A stretch of 64,000 bases of DNA. Source: Phoronis australis. Its lineage: Eukaryota; Animalia; Phoronida. This document shows positions 43,001 through 51,400 of the stretch, piece by piece; position 1 is the first letter of the stretch, and each line of letters starts with the position of its first letter. The notes beneath the pieces are model-generated. The model ran no database searches and was not told where the DNA came from. It saw nothing but the letters and a program-made list of their open reading frames with translations. The DNA is taken from NCBI GenBank assembly GCA_002633005.1, contig NMRA01000511.1, forward strand, positions 249,155 through 313,154, in the 5' to 3' direction. Made by a program: the position numbers and the translations under genes.

Positions 43001-46000
43001 TCTTATCGAAGAGAAAATAGATAATGAATTTCAACGTTGTACAACGTTGTAAACTACTCGTAGTTAATGTATGGTTGGATAAAGTGATGAAATTAATTTT
43101 GACATTTTCCATTCTCCTTACCTATGAACTTACACTAAGTATCTAACAGCCGAAATTGACCAAAATACCTCGAAATTATAACACCGTACTTTAAAGTTTG
43201 GTTGGGGATCGTTTGCTAGTAGTTAAATCATTCCGTCAGTTTCATTTCCTGGTTTGATCACCTCAGTGTCCAAAAAATCCATAGGTCTCAACAACTTGTT
43301 CTTGGAGATCTGCAAAAATATCATTGATTATATATTAATTGAAATTCAATTAAATAGTTTGTTCTCAGTAGATTTACTACGCTGTACAACACCTACACAG
43401 TGATACCATGTCGACCTTTAGCGCTAAAATGTAAAACTGTAGTCTGGCTATTGTCGATCTACTATTCTGTGAAGCTGTACAGTGAAGTGTAAATTGATGT
43501 ACTCCTGTGTAAACCTTTACAGTGTTACGTTTCATTGTTTTCAGACTCGATTTACTTCGTTGACCGTAGTCAGGTGCAGAAGATGAAATTAGTGGGAGAT
43601 AATCGACAAAAAATTGTTGTTAGAGAATTCAACCTCACTGAAGCACCAAGTGGACTAACTGTTGTGGACAACAACATCTATGTCACAGTACCGAGTAGGA
43701 GGGGCGTGCTGGTCATTGATAAGAGGAGACACAAAACAAGTGTAATTTTGGCAAATGCCTTGTCTGGTCTCTCTCATGTGTCTCACCTGTCTCTACCAAA
43801 TGGTGAGGCTCTCTTTTGCTATATGAGCTGTTATTGCATGTAGTGCACTATCCGAGCAGTGTTTTCTTATTATTTTCTATTTTCCAAGATATAGATACGA
43901 GTGCATAATGCCATCACTTTTATCTGGCGTCTAGGCCTGGATCAGGCATCTGCTGTTGTATGTACAAAACCTTTGGAAGATCTCCATGCAATTTGTCACA
44001 TGTGTTCTTTACAGCTGACNAATGTTAGACAGTCGAATGATTGGTATTAACTGACATTGCCTCATTTCTGTGAGACATTAGTATTATAATGATTTAATTT
44101 GGAAAATTACATTATCTAATAACTGTTTAAAATTGTTAAAGTAGGTGAAGGCTATTTTTCGCTAATGGCCCTGCCAATTTATAAACCTGGTGTAAAAGAC
44201 GAACTGACTTTATTGTAATGGTCACAGATCATTGGTAAAGATGCTGAGAAATGTCAATGCATTAATCATCCACTAGCTGGTACACATGAGCTGACGAATT
44301 TGCTTATGAAGGAAAATGTCAGCACCGGTGATCACTAATAGTAATTAGTCAGAATTGAATTAATCCCACCAGTATGCGTGCATAAAGCCTCAGTTGCATA
44401 AATGTTTATATGATTGTGGATGTGGAACATGTATAAATTGGAGCATTTAAACTACATTTGTGGTGGTGGTTAGAGGTTTAGTAGTATAGTATGAACTGCA
44501 ATGTGTAGTCATTTTTCAGGAATCAATCGCCTGCAAGAATAGTGACTCGTTAGATTTTTTCAGTTTTGTATTATGTTTGATATAGCGTTGTTATCAATTT
44601 AGTTTAACTCGTCCCCATTATTTAATCACAATCTAGCAAAAAGGTGTCATCACAGGATACCGCGAGGTTTCTTGGATCATGGTTGCTCGCGCAAGCCTGG
44701 CGACTTGTGCGAGTTTGCATGTGAGCCTGGATACACAAAGGACGTGCAGAAGATCACCTGCAGTAGTACGGGGGTGTGGTCTCCCCCTCGTACCACGTTG
44801 TGCAGTGAGTAATTATTCACGGAAGTCATTACTGGAAATGTACGACCTACACATCAATAGGAGTATGGACGTGATATGTATTAGATTAAAGACTTATGTA
44901 TGTTATTGTCTATTATAGTAACTAAAGGCAAAAGCACAGATCGCAGTGTACTGTTGTCGTAAGAGATAGTAGGTGACGGTTTTTTAGAAGTACTTGACCA
45001 GGCTGCTCATTTAGTCATGATTTAACCAACAACAAGGCCAAAGAAACAAAAGTCCGAGAAACTGAGGCAAAATACCCCTAAACAAGCACTCACGCGCAAT
45101 TCGGGTGTCAAGATTTTGCATATACGTCCCTTTGTCTTTTCACAAACTTTATCACCTGAATTCCATTTAGGTTATTTTTGTGCATTGGCTATGAACCTGA
45201 GGGTATGAAAATGTCGTATAGATGTGCGTCTTTGGAGTTCATTGATGGGTAACTTATAAGAGGGAAGCCTGCCCATTGTTCATGGGTTCTACTGTTTCAG
45301 TGCCACCTTGTGGTCATTTTGTGCCAATAAGCACCCCTAGGAGCCTACCGTTTGTGGTGATATCGAAGATCTATTTCAACACTTTGCTTTGCTCGCTTTG
45401 TTACTTTTCATGCATAGAATTTGGGTGATGCAAGGAGTGGTTATACATGTAACTGATGATCTCAACGATAGAAAAATTATGAAAAATAGCTTTCAAGCAT
45501 AAACTGAACAGTAACGGTTGTATACAGCAACATTACAAAAACATTCAAATTATCTCCAAAAACTGAGAAATTAGCTACTGACACGCAAAAGGAAAGTCTG
45601 TCTTTAGCTTTACCGAATACTTAGTCAGAAGTCGCCGGGCACTTCATTCAAAAATATAAAGAAAGTAGAATTTCACTAGAGGCCGATCTAGAGATTGAAA
45701 AGAAATAAACGAACCCTGGAAAATAATTATATGAATATTCTGTTGTAAACTTCATTTGTGGATGATGAAAAGGAGTGCGAACTGCCAAAGCAAGAGTTTT
45801 GGAATTGAAGTAAGTACGTCTTCACCGGTCTCGTCCAACACCATTATGTTCACACTCCTGCAGTAATATTGTGGAAAGTGTCTTCGTCAAGTGGAGAAAA
45901 GAAGCACTGCTTGATTGAAAACCATTATTGTCTCAACCGCGCAACAGATTTTGAAGTTGGCAGAGATGAACCTGCCTCTACACCCAAACACAGATAATGA

Positions 46001-48405
46001 TAATCGATCCACAGTTGTTCACAATATAGCCGGATTCAGGGGGATCGCCCCCCTCCCCTTGGTTGCCGCCAAAAATAAAACAAGAAGACAGCACGAGCGT
46101 GAGGAAATATTGAGTTTATTAATTAACCCTGGTAATGACGAAGTGGCCGAAAGAGGGTGTGGAAAGGAAAGCGTCTCCCTTTTTTCTCTTTTTTCAGTCG
46201 TGCATTGCTGCAAGGAGGTCCAGTCCACAGTCTCAGAAGTCCAAACCCTACTTCATTTCAGGCTGGCTGTTTGCATGCAGTTGTGCTCTACGCGATTGCC
46301 CGAAACAAAGTGTTGGGCCCCCCTTATGTTATCCTAGATCCGCCACTGCACAGTGTTTGTCCATAGGGACAGCTAATAACAAGTTGGCTTATATTTGACT
46401 CTATACTTCCTGGATCCCACTGTTATTTAATTACGCATTCCACTCAAGTCTATTTTCACACCTTCTAAATGGTGGTTTCTAACACTATGACAATGAGATA
46501 TGCCACTGAAATTTTAAGTCATGACGGAATTAGTTGAAAGGTCATAAATTTTAAATCGTATTACAATAGAACGTTGTCTACGTGTTCCAGAACCCGACTG
46601 TATACTGTTTAGCTACACGAATGCTGAATTCGTCAAATCATGCAGGAGAAGTGTCGGAAGTACGTGTGAGCTAAGATGTCAGCAGGGCCTACAAAAATTA
46701 AGTGGTGACGAGAGACGGACTTGTACCTACGACCCAACCACGGGTACCAGCTCCTGGACAGGGAAGCGATTGATTTGTATTGGTGAGTACTTAACGTTGA
46801 AGGTATCGGGAAACTGTGAATCTGCCTGTACGTGTACTTCTTGGTGTCTGCTATTGGTTGGGCATCTGCAAAAATGATCCCAATGTCATGAGCTTTCACA
46901 CAAAATGTCCAAATGTAGCCTTTTTCATAATGCCATTTTTAATCAGTTATCACTGTGTCACAAATACCCTAACCAATCTCCCGAGAACCATAGGCTGATC
47001 TGGCAAATCAGATGTTAGCCACAGGTACTCTGGCCAATCAGATGCGAGTCACACATAATCTGGGCACAGTATGTACAGTGCCCAGCTGTTTATTTCAAAG
47101 GTCTTGGTGATGACATTTTAGTACTTTTCAAAGTACGAAACACAGCTGATCTTCAACGCACAGCAGTTTATCTAATGATCTATTTCAAAGTGACAAGAAT
47201 GCTTATATATATATAATTGCTAAAATTAGCAAGATCTCTAATGTTAGTGTACCTTGCCACAAGGGGGCAGTGAATGTCAGACGTCTGACAACATATCTCC
47301 AAAAGTTTTTGTATTACATAAAAACATAAGTGGAAGTGGTGGTTGGGTAGTCTCCAAGTCAATCATTTGCTGTGTCAGAGGTTGGCTGTGATCACCATCC
47401 TGTTTCGATGTGCTTTCGAATGGATATTGTGTCATTTTCCTGGCTCTTGTCATCAATGGTAAAAATTGGAAAGCATTGTATTAAGTCGAAATTTCCCATT
47501 TTTGAAAATTCCTTAAACAATTGATATCACATATTTAAGTGTATGGCACTATGTACAGTTTCGCAGATTTACCCAATGACACTGGCATGTGCAAATTCAG
47601 TTTTGTGAGTTCAAATGTGTAGTGATGACGTAGTTAACAGTATGATGACGCGATATGGACCCACAAATTGAAATAGAAATGAACAGTCACGTTACACTTT
47701 CAAAAATATTGACACTGATTGATATTTTCCGATTCATGTAACCACGGGGGACAATTTAGCACTTGAATTTTTTAAATTTATATGTTTGAATTAATTTGTG
47801 TCTGACAACGGTTGCTCCCATTGTATGCTGCCGGAGAGTTCAGAAGGATTGAGATTGATCAAGTCCACAGCCAGGTAACAAATTTCGAAGTGCGTAGTAT
47901 CTCACAGAGCTATGTAAATCTAACCTTATTTTTGTTATCTTAGTTTTTAATTTTGGCATTTTAATATTATTTGACCGGGTCCACAACATCAAAATGACGT
48001 CACATAAGCGAATTTTATTGGTCAGCTCATGGATATACGATGTGTAAAACTGAAGACGTCCGGCTTATGTGTATCGTGATTACGGTGCTATGATGGCACG
48101 GGTGTCTTTCAATGCGGTTCTCATCCGTTGCCTCTGTTCTAAAGAAAAAGGATGAGAATTAAACACTAGTTGTCAAGTCAGACGCATTACACGGTCAAGG
48201 AATTTTCACAGCCAGTCAACGGCAAGGTGTGTTTGCCCAGTTGATGGTGTGGGCCACGATTAGAGATTAAATTGTTGCTCGTCATTTACTTAAACTGACA
48301 TTGAACAGGCAATAATTTTCAGCAATTCCTTTTTTGTAGCAAACCCAAATGCCACGTCTCCTGCTCCATCTACGACTATACCACCAACGACAACAGCACC
48401 CCCAG
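1344..48405 (+). CDS. Multi-exon gene (27 exons, 3' end unresolved) for an LRP-family-like extracellular protein: signal peptide, (YWTD beta-propeller-EGF)x3, propeller 4, 2 sushi/CCP, S/T/P-rich linker
   Basis: All 27 exons listed below have GT/AG boundaries, and cumulative lengths give matching phases (4243 nt, no stop). YWTD-type motifs: IYWVD, VFFTD, LYWSD, LYWCD, VYWTD, IFWAD, LYWLD, IFWID. Three 6-Cys EGF exons and two CCP exons. Orthology not established. Confidence 0.9.
4514..9064 (+). mobile_element. Non-autonomous Helentron-associated (HINE/pearl-like) element, interrupted by Academ
   Basis: 5' AAACTAGAAA followed by palindrome TTGTCACG-G-CGTGACAA; internal ~430-bp degenerate tandem units (4790.. 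vs 5221..) containing TGACCTTTGACC; (AAGAAT)n microsatellite; 3' hairpin TACTCTGCGC-ttacac-GCGCAGAGTA. Class inferred from this layout. Confidence 0.6.
5465..8617 (+). mobile_element. Academ DNA transposon, internally deleted and pseudogenised
   Basis: 17-bp perfect TIR TAGTCGGTGGGCCAGAT with imperfect extension to ~150 bp; TTA TSD (5462-5464 and 8618-8620), confirmed by the empty site at ~54457-54470. Relic motifs: DLV/LEAKYHRSSCY (7157-7200), HCLRANHQ...DHSW, and Cys-rich tail CKCKKNMC...CTEMCSCDNCSN (7550-7830). Confidence 0.88.
9868..10181. mobile_element. MITE-like element with ~70-bp inverted repeats
   Basis: AATTTTGAAATTAAACGAAACTTCACTAAGTTGAAGTTTGATTGTAA... is mirrored by ...TTACAATCAAACTTCAACTTAGTGAAGTTTCGTTTAATATCAAAATT. 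Confidence 0.65.
10629..10702. repeat. (GCGT)n/(GT)n microsatellite
   Basis: Direct reading. Confidence 0.95.
10842..11081 (+). CDS. Exon 2, propeller 1
   Basis: ttccag| DYAFVSDSFKRAIWQVDL...MACDTKSQYIYWVD...LDF A|gtaagt. Confidence 0.88.
11619..11790 (+). CDS. Exon 3, propeller 1
   Basis: ttttcag| NSIGGLAVDENARLVFFTD...LSQPTGIAVDPQN AG|gtatgc. Confidence 0.9.
12983..13107 (+). CDS. Exon 4, propeller 1
   Basis: LLYWSDPLKQTIEVSNYDGTNIRVV...; donor G|gtaagt. Confidence 0.92.
14327..14498 (+). CDS. Exon 5, propeller 1
   Basis: ttttcag| GHTLYWCDSVTHRIESYNV...IAVDNESIYYISKEN AA|gtaagt. Confidence 0.9.
15200..15315 (+). CDS. Exon 6, end of propeller 1
   Basis: ttttcag| HIMYVNKMNASVMGQLDDVTTFGKLEGLTLCKDDMLYK G|gtaatt; phases 2->1 fit both neighbours. 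Confidence 0.8.
16174..16302 (+). CDS. Exon 7, EGF-like domain 1
   Basis: CDKNNGDCQFICLPVGQKDVKCQCLEGHRLLQDAKNC, LRP-type EGF Cys spacing. Confidence 0.93.
16284..16635 (+). repeat. Degenerate ~40-42 bp minisatellite
   Basis: Recurring CTAACAAggxtaCAAtATGTAGGGGgtatgt units; the first unit overlaps the exon 7 donor. Confidence 0.6.
16675..16880. repeat. GA-rich low-complexity / microsatellite
   Basis: Direct reading. Confidence 0.95.
16881..19340 (+). mobile_element. Decayed Ty3/Gypsy LTR retrotransposon (Mag-like clade)
   Basis: PBS-like ACA-TGGTGCCAGAG (~16903). gag starts at ATG 17029 (MAPPKSVASLSMDWRLPD) and has a double zinc knuckle CTFCSLTH...CPAFDSICASCGKQNHW (17584-17676). Protease KMDCGAEGNILP (~17920). 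RT RCFDPKDLNVAIKRPH...SGY...FNWPSGR..KRLPF (18410-18635). PPT AAAGAGAGGAA then TG at 19202. Many stops and frameshifts; integrase mostly deleted. Confidence 0.88.
19537..19788. mobile_element. Short non-autonomous TIR element (CATGC.CGCAC.CAG ends)
   Basis: CATGCTCGCACCCAG ... CTGTGTGCGCGCATG; related ends at ~61894-61908 and ~63116; ATTTT on both flanks. Confidence 0.55.
19872..20250 (+). repeat. 17-bp minisatellite, ~22 degenerate units
   Basis: Consensus approximately CTGTCACACCAAAGGGC. Confidence 0.85.
20470..20733 (+). CDS. Exon 8, propeller 2
   Basis: GRYNHGTSLLYN...DMDLYYAKKSIVAFDRSAKRILSLSMDGTEKVYTIYE G|gtggga. Confidence 0.82.
21442..21622 (+). CDS. Exon 9, propeller 2
   Basis: VHGVAVDWVHGNVYWTD...DTNLEKPWGIAVHPLMG, canonical LDLR class B repeat. 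Confidence 0.95.
22575..22727 (+). CDS. Exon 10, propeller 2
   Basis: YIFWAD...KIERSGLDGSERVAIVTSSLYSPQALTIDYEGN AG|gtaagc. Confidence 0.95.
24750..25058. repeat. (TA)n(GA)n microsatellite spanning an assembly gap (N 24833-24985)
   Basis: Direct reading. Confidence 0.95.
25091..25208 (+). CDS. Exon 11, propeller 2
   Basis: cttttcag| VCFTNVGMVQCVNYTGGERTTILRLSSYGAHFTGMTIYH |gtaagt. Confidence 0.85.
25269..25335 (+). mobile_element. tRNA-derived SINE head fragment
   Basis: A-box-like TGCCTAAGTGG and B-box-like GATTTCGAATCC at tRNA spacing; no intact cloverleaf. Confidence 0.45.
26742..26901 (+). CDS. Exon 12, end of propeller 2
   Basis: GYVFIADYR...KPHGIVMYADDRQPKYHT, with the typical xxxxQP propeller exit. 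Confidence 0.88.
27205..27340. repeat. Dispersed repeat fragment; inverted relative at ~59869-60005
   Basis: Shared GCACAGCACTGAAAA, GGGCTATAGCCC, CCATAGACCATA and ATGGTGCGC motifs. Confidence 0.6.
29770..29880 (+). CDS. Exon 13, EGF-like domain 2
   Basis: CYNHDCEHFCVASTEGSYSCLCADGYILDTYNKVC. Confidence 0.92.
30679..30945 (+). CDS. Exon 14, propeller 3
   Basis: EVTKPTGPYYAITYG...VDVNYYQRALYLVN...VVKNVANVT G|gtacgt. Confidence 0.85.
31406..31556 (+). CDS. Exon 15, propeller 3
   Basis: DLSVDWVSNTLYWLD...ISKLDGTFQTLLTDGLKNPTSIAVDPIN. Confidence 0.95.
32777..32902 (+). CDS. Exon 16, propeller 3
   Basis: YLYYTVSGVGIEQSHMDGTN...LSVDFLDR CG|gtaagt. Confidence 0.9.
34013..34124 (+). CDS. Exon 17, propeller 3
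   Basis: LYYVSDTYIYYSKLDTLGYRKPFKISTFKPIAVTTFQ |gtatta. Confidence 0.85.
35194..35362 (+). CDS. Exon 18, end of propeller 3
   Basis: DFSPIIAKS...VYDIATYSLTNQPRLK; phases 0->1. Confidence 0.82.
36026..36160 (+). CDS. Exon 19, EGF-like domain 3
   Basis: NPCDNSYSEGGCEQLCFGKPYKQTFVCMCAFGLKLAKDNRTC. Confidence 0.93.
37539..37639 (+). CDS. Exon 20, propeller 4
   Basis: cttttcag| AYHLAGGNSVQVSSETRGVFQIGIMDQYKVSAFK |gtaacc; supplies the phase 1->0 bridge needed between exons 19 and 21. Confidence 0.75.
39086..39221 (+). CDS. Exon 21, propeller 4
   Basis: TNPTEMMTKTVYNAKDNQIFWIDG...; donor G|gtatat. Confidence 0.85.
39590..39761 (+). CDS. Exon 22, propeller 4
   Basis: YSDLAFDPDIRILYVVD...NIDKPLSIALHSAS. 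Confidence 0.9.
40140..42283. mobile_element. Old, decayed Kolobok element (ends tentative)
   Basis: Minus-strand THAP relic from ATG 41968: MVWCLAPACANYD...FLRFPREPILFRNWLAVV...RVC..LHF. Plus-strand KolX relic 41230-41570: GYLYQ..EYTDQEIE...RLNDLSWCQ...METTDACVCCHEIPQV...LTDHPDF. TTAA|GGG at 40136-40142 and CCC|TTAA at 42281-42287, but the TIRs match poorly. Confidence 0.75.
42375..42541 (+). CDS. Exon 23, propeller 4
   Basis: TMYIGRYGSIVKTTMDGK...QAPVAIALYIDH...; donor T|gtgagt. Confidence 0.88.
43545..43802 (+). CDS. Exon 24, end of propeller 4
   Basis: SIYFVDRSQVQKMKLVGDNR...PSGLTVVDNNIYVT...; donor G|gtgagg. Confidence 0.9.
44637..44804 (+). CDS. Exon 25, sushi/CCP domain 1
   Basis: CHHRIPRGFLDHGCSRKPGDLCEFACEPGYTKDVQKITCSSTGVWSPPRTTLC; CCP consensus C..GY...C...G.W; symmetric phase 1-1 exon. 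Confidence 0.9.
46591..46782 (+). CDS. Exon 26, sushi/CCP domain 2
   Basis: CILFSYTNAEFVKSCRRSVGSTCELRCQQGLQKLSGDERRTCTYDPTTGTSSWTGKRLIC; phase 1-1. Confidence 0.88.
48340..48405 (+). CDS. Exon 27, Ser/Thr/Pro-rich linker
   Basis: ttttgtag| ANPNATSPAPSTTIPPTTTAPP G|gtgagt. Confidence 0.8.
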
Positions 48406-51400
48406 GTGAGTTCAACACCAATTGGTTTATGCTTAATTGCTGACTGGGGCGTGGCTATCATCTCTCATCATTATAACGGTGCTATAATTAAATGACTTTG
48501 GTAGAATCCAATACATGTGAAACATGCCTGCCGTGTTCTCGTTAACACATTAACAAATGTTCAGACATGCCTCTTGCTTTTTGACTGATCGCCCAATGAC
48601 TTGTGTTGGTCAGTACTGCAATACATGGTGTGTCTGGAACATAAAAACACATTCCCTTATATCCGTGTTTATACTGCGGACTGGACATCCTGAAGATTGT
48701 GTCCGTGGCAACAAAATAAGGAAAACTCTCACCAACAACATCTCTGCCTGTAACTGATACTCTTGGAGCAGTCAACAACTACCAGGCAATTAAGAACAAC
48801 AAAGCCATTGTTTGAGTCACAAATGTTGTCACAAACAATGGAAGGAAAAACAAGGACATCAGAAACAACAACATCAACAACAAAATACAATATTAACAAC
48901 ACCAACATGTAAAACAATATTTTCTTCTAGCTGAGTTCACACAGCAGAAAAACGGATTGTTCTTAAGCCCTCTCGACCCCCCACACCATCGACCCCCACA
49001 CCCTCGACCCCCACACCCTCGACCCACGACTTCCTCGATCCAAAACCCACACAACCTACAACCACCCTCGACGTACGACTCCCTCGACCTACCCGGCACT
49101 TACAATACTCAAAGCCAGGTTGGATTCCGTCAGGTTGTCGACTCATATACCTGTGCACCGAATTTGAAAAGAATACAGCACACATGACGAATTTTTGTCC
49201 GACTGGTCGGAAATTGGTCGACGACCGGCCGTCGACCAACAACGGTCGGCTAGGAGCCGTCTGCTGAGTCGCCTCTGTGGTCGGCACGTGGGTCGGCTAA
49301 GTGGTCGCCTAGCGTAAACGACCAATTCGGATTAAGCGTGTCCTTGGTCGGCAATTACCATTTTATGACTTAGCGGGTGAACTTTGGACAAACAAACATT
49401 TAACTGTTCGGTGTCCGTTTACCAGTGGCAACTCAGTTCTTGACATAGGTTTATCAACTTTTGTTCAACTATTGAATGGAGGTAAAATCGAATCAACCTA
49501 CAAACCATACGAAGTGCGGGACTTTACACCAGCCTAAAACTTTATGTTGAATTAATGACGGCGTGGTAAAATCAAACGTTAAGTGATATCGCGGAAGCAT
49601 GATTTCTAAATTTAGATATGAGACTTTTTATGCAGTACATTATGCACAAAAACAAGCACGAAATTTGAAATTTACAGTAAAATTGCATAAAAATCAGAAT
49701 ACAACACTGGATATTTTACGACCTCAACTGTTTTCATGCAGCGGAATGCTCAACAAGCATCACGCATTTGCGCTCATCCGTTATTGCTCTTGATCATCAC
49801 TTCATCACGCTGTATAATGCGATTTACCACAGATAATTATTGCTTATTTCTGTATAATTTCTTAATATGTTGGTACAGCAATAGAACCCAAGTTTATTTT
49901 AGGAACAACATAAACAATGGTATTAACATAGCGCCGATATTAAATCATGGGCGCATGAAAACGGAAGACTGTGATCGGTTCATAGTGTCATACATCATCA
50001 TTGTGAAATTGTTGTCACTTTCGCAGTAAAAAATCTTTTCGAAACTAGAGCCTTCCTATCTAGCCAGCTAGTTGTATAAAGACTATTTTCAAAATACATC
50101 AAGGTGCCACTGCTTATTGAGATCAAACAGACCTATAAACTTCACACAGCCCGGATAGTTACGCTTGTCACCTAGTCGAAAAGCTTGTATCAACATGAGC
50201 TCAAGACAGGCGGGTGTGCATGCAAAATCTGGAAGTCAATTGGCATTCAAGTTGCCCGTTACGGCCGTTAGAGCGAAAAACATCCGACGTCATCTTTCTG
50301 TGTAATTCTCTGCCTTTTTAACGAAAAAACGTATGTCGTCGTTTTGAAAAAAGTTAATTGTGACACGCGCCACTTCCAAAATGTTTTCAACATCTCCTGT
50401 TAGATGGTGACAACATCTCAGCAAAATTTGTTCTAAAATTCGGTTCACTGATATCAAAATTCCAAAAACATATAATGAAGTGAAACCAATTCTGATCATT
50501 TTTTTATGACCTTTACGCAACCACGAGGGAGAACGTTTGATTGAAGAATCTGGGAAAAAGAAACTGGCTAATAGGTGACGCAATATTTCATTGGGTCGAA
50601 AGTCGACGCATCAGATCAAACCATAACTTTAACAGCAGAATAATTGTAGAAAACCATTTTTGCAACGCTGGTAAATAATTTAGATTACTGTAGGAAGATT
50701 TTATTCGGTCAGTTTTTATCCACAATGGCGCAAATTTGTATATTTAATTTAGTAAACAGCTTCGCACCAAGGCTAGAGCATTCCGAGCCCTTTGGCGTAA
50801 AAACATAATACTTGCCGTTTCGCGCATACTCCAAGGGGTAAAACTTTGAAAATAATATTTTCTGGGTAACCTGGTACGTGTAATCCTAAAAAAGTAGTCT
50901 GTGTTTTCATGTAGAGCTTAAAAATGATTAACCCATTGATTCAAAAAGAACACTCTCGCAAACGAAAGCGCACACAATTTTCAGCTATATTACACTGGCT
51001 AAAAACAACTTCTATAAGTTTATTGCATCGGATTCTAGTGATCACCAGGGCAAGTCAAAACTCTTAAGGGGGCGCAATTTCAAACCTTTGGCTTGAATCA
51101 GTGATATAAAAATGGAAATAGACCGACTTTAGTTCATCAGCAATGTAGACACAACAGTTACAGACACTGACTGCGTTTGTTAACGTCTTGTGGCAATGAT
51201 AAAAATATTTTTTTCTACTATGATTGACAACAAGTTTTACTCTGATGAGGTATGATGCAATATGCATGTCTAATATGCAGATCGGCAGTTGCAAAAATAT
51301 TTACTGGGTTTAATGAATCCGTTTGTTATGAACCACTGCAAAAGTATGATTACTAATTGTACATTCGAAGCACGCCTCATTAGAATAAAAACATACACAT

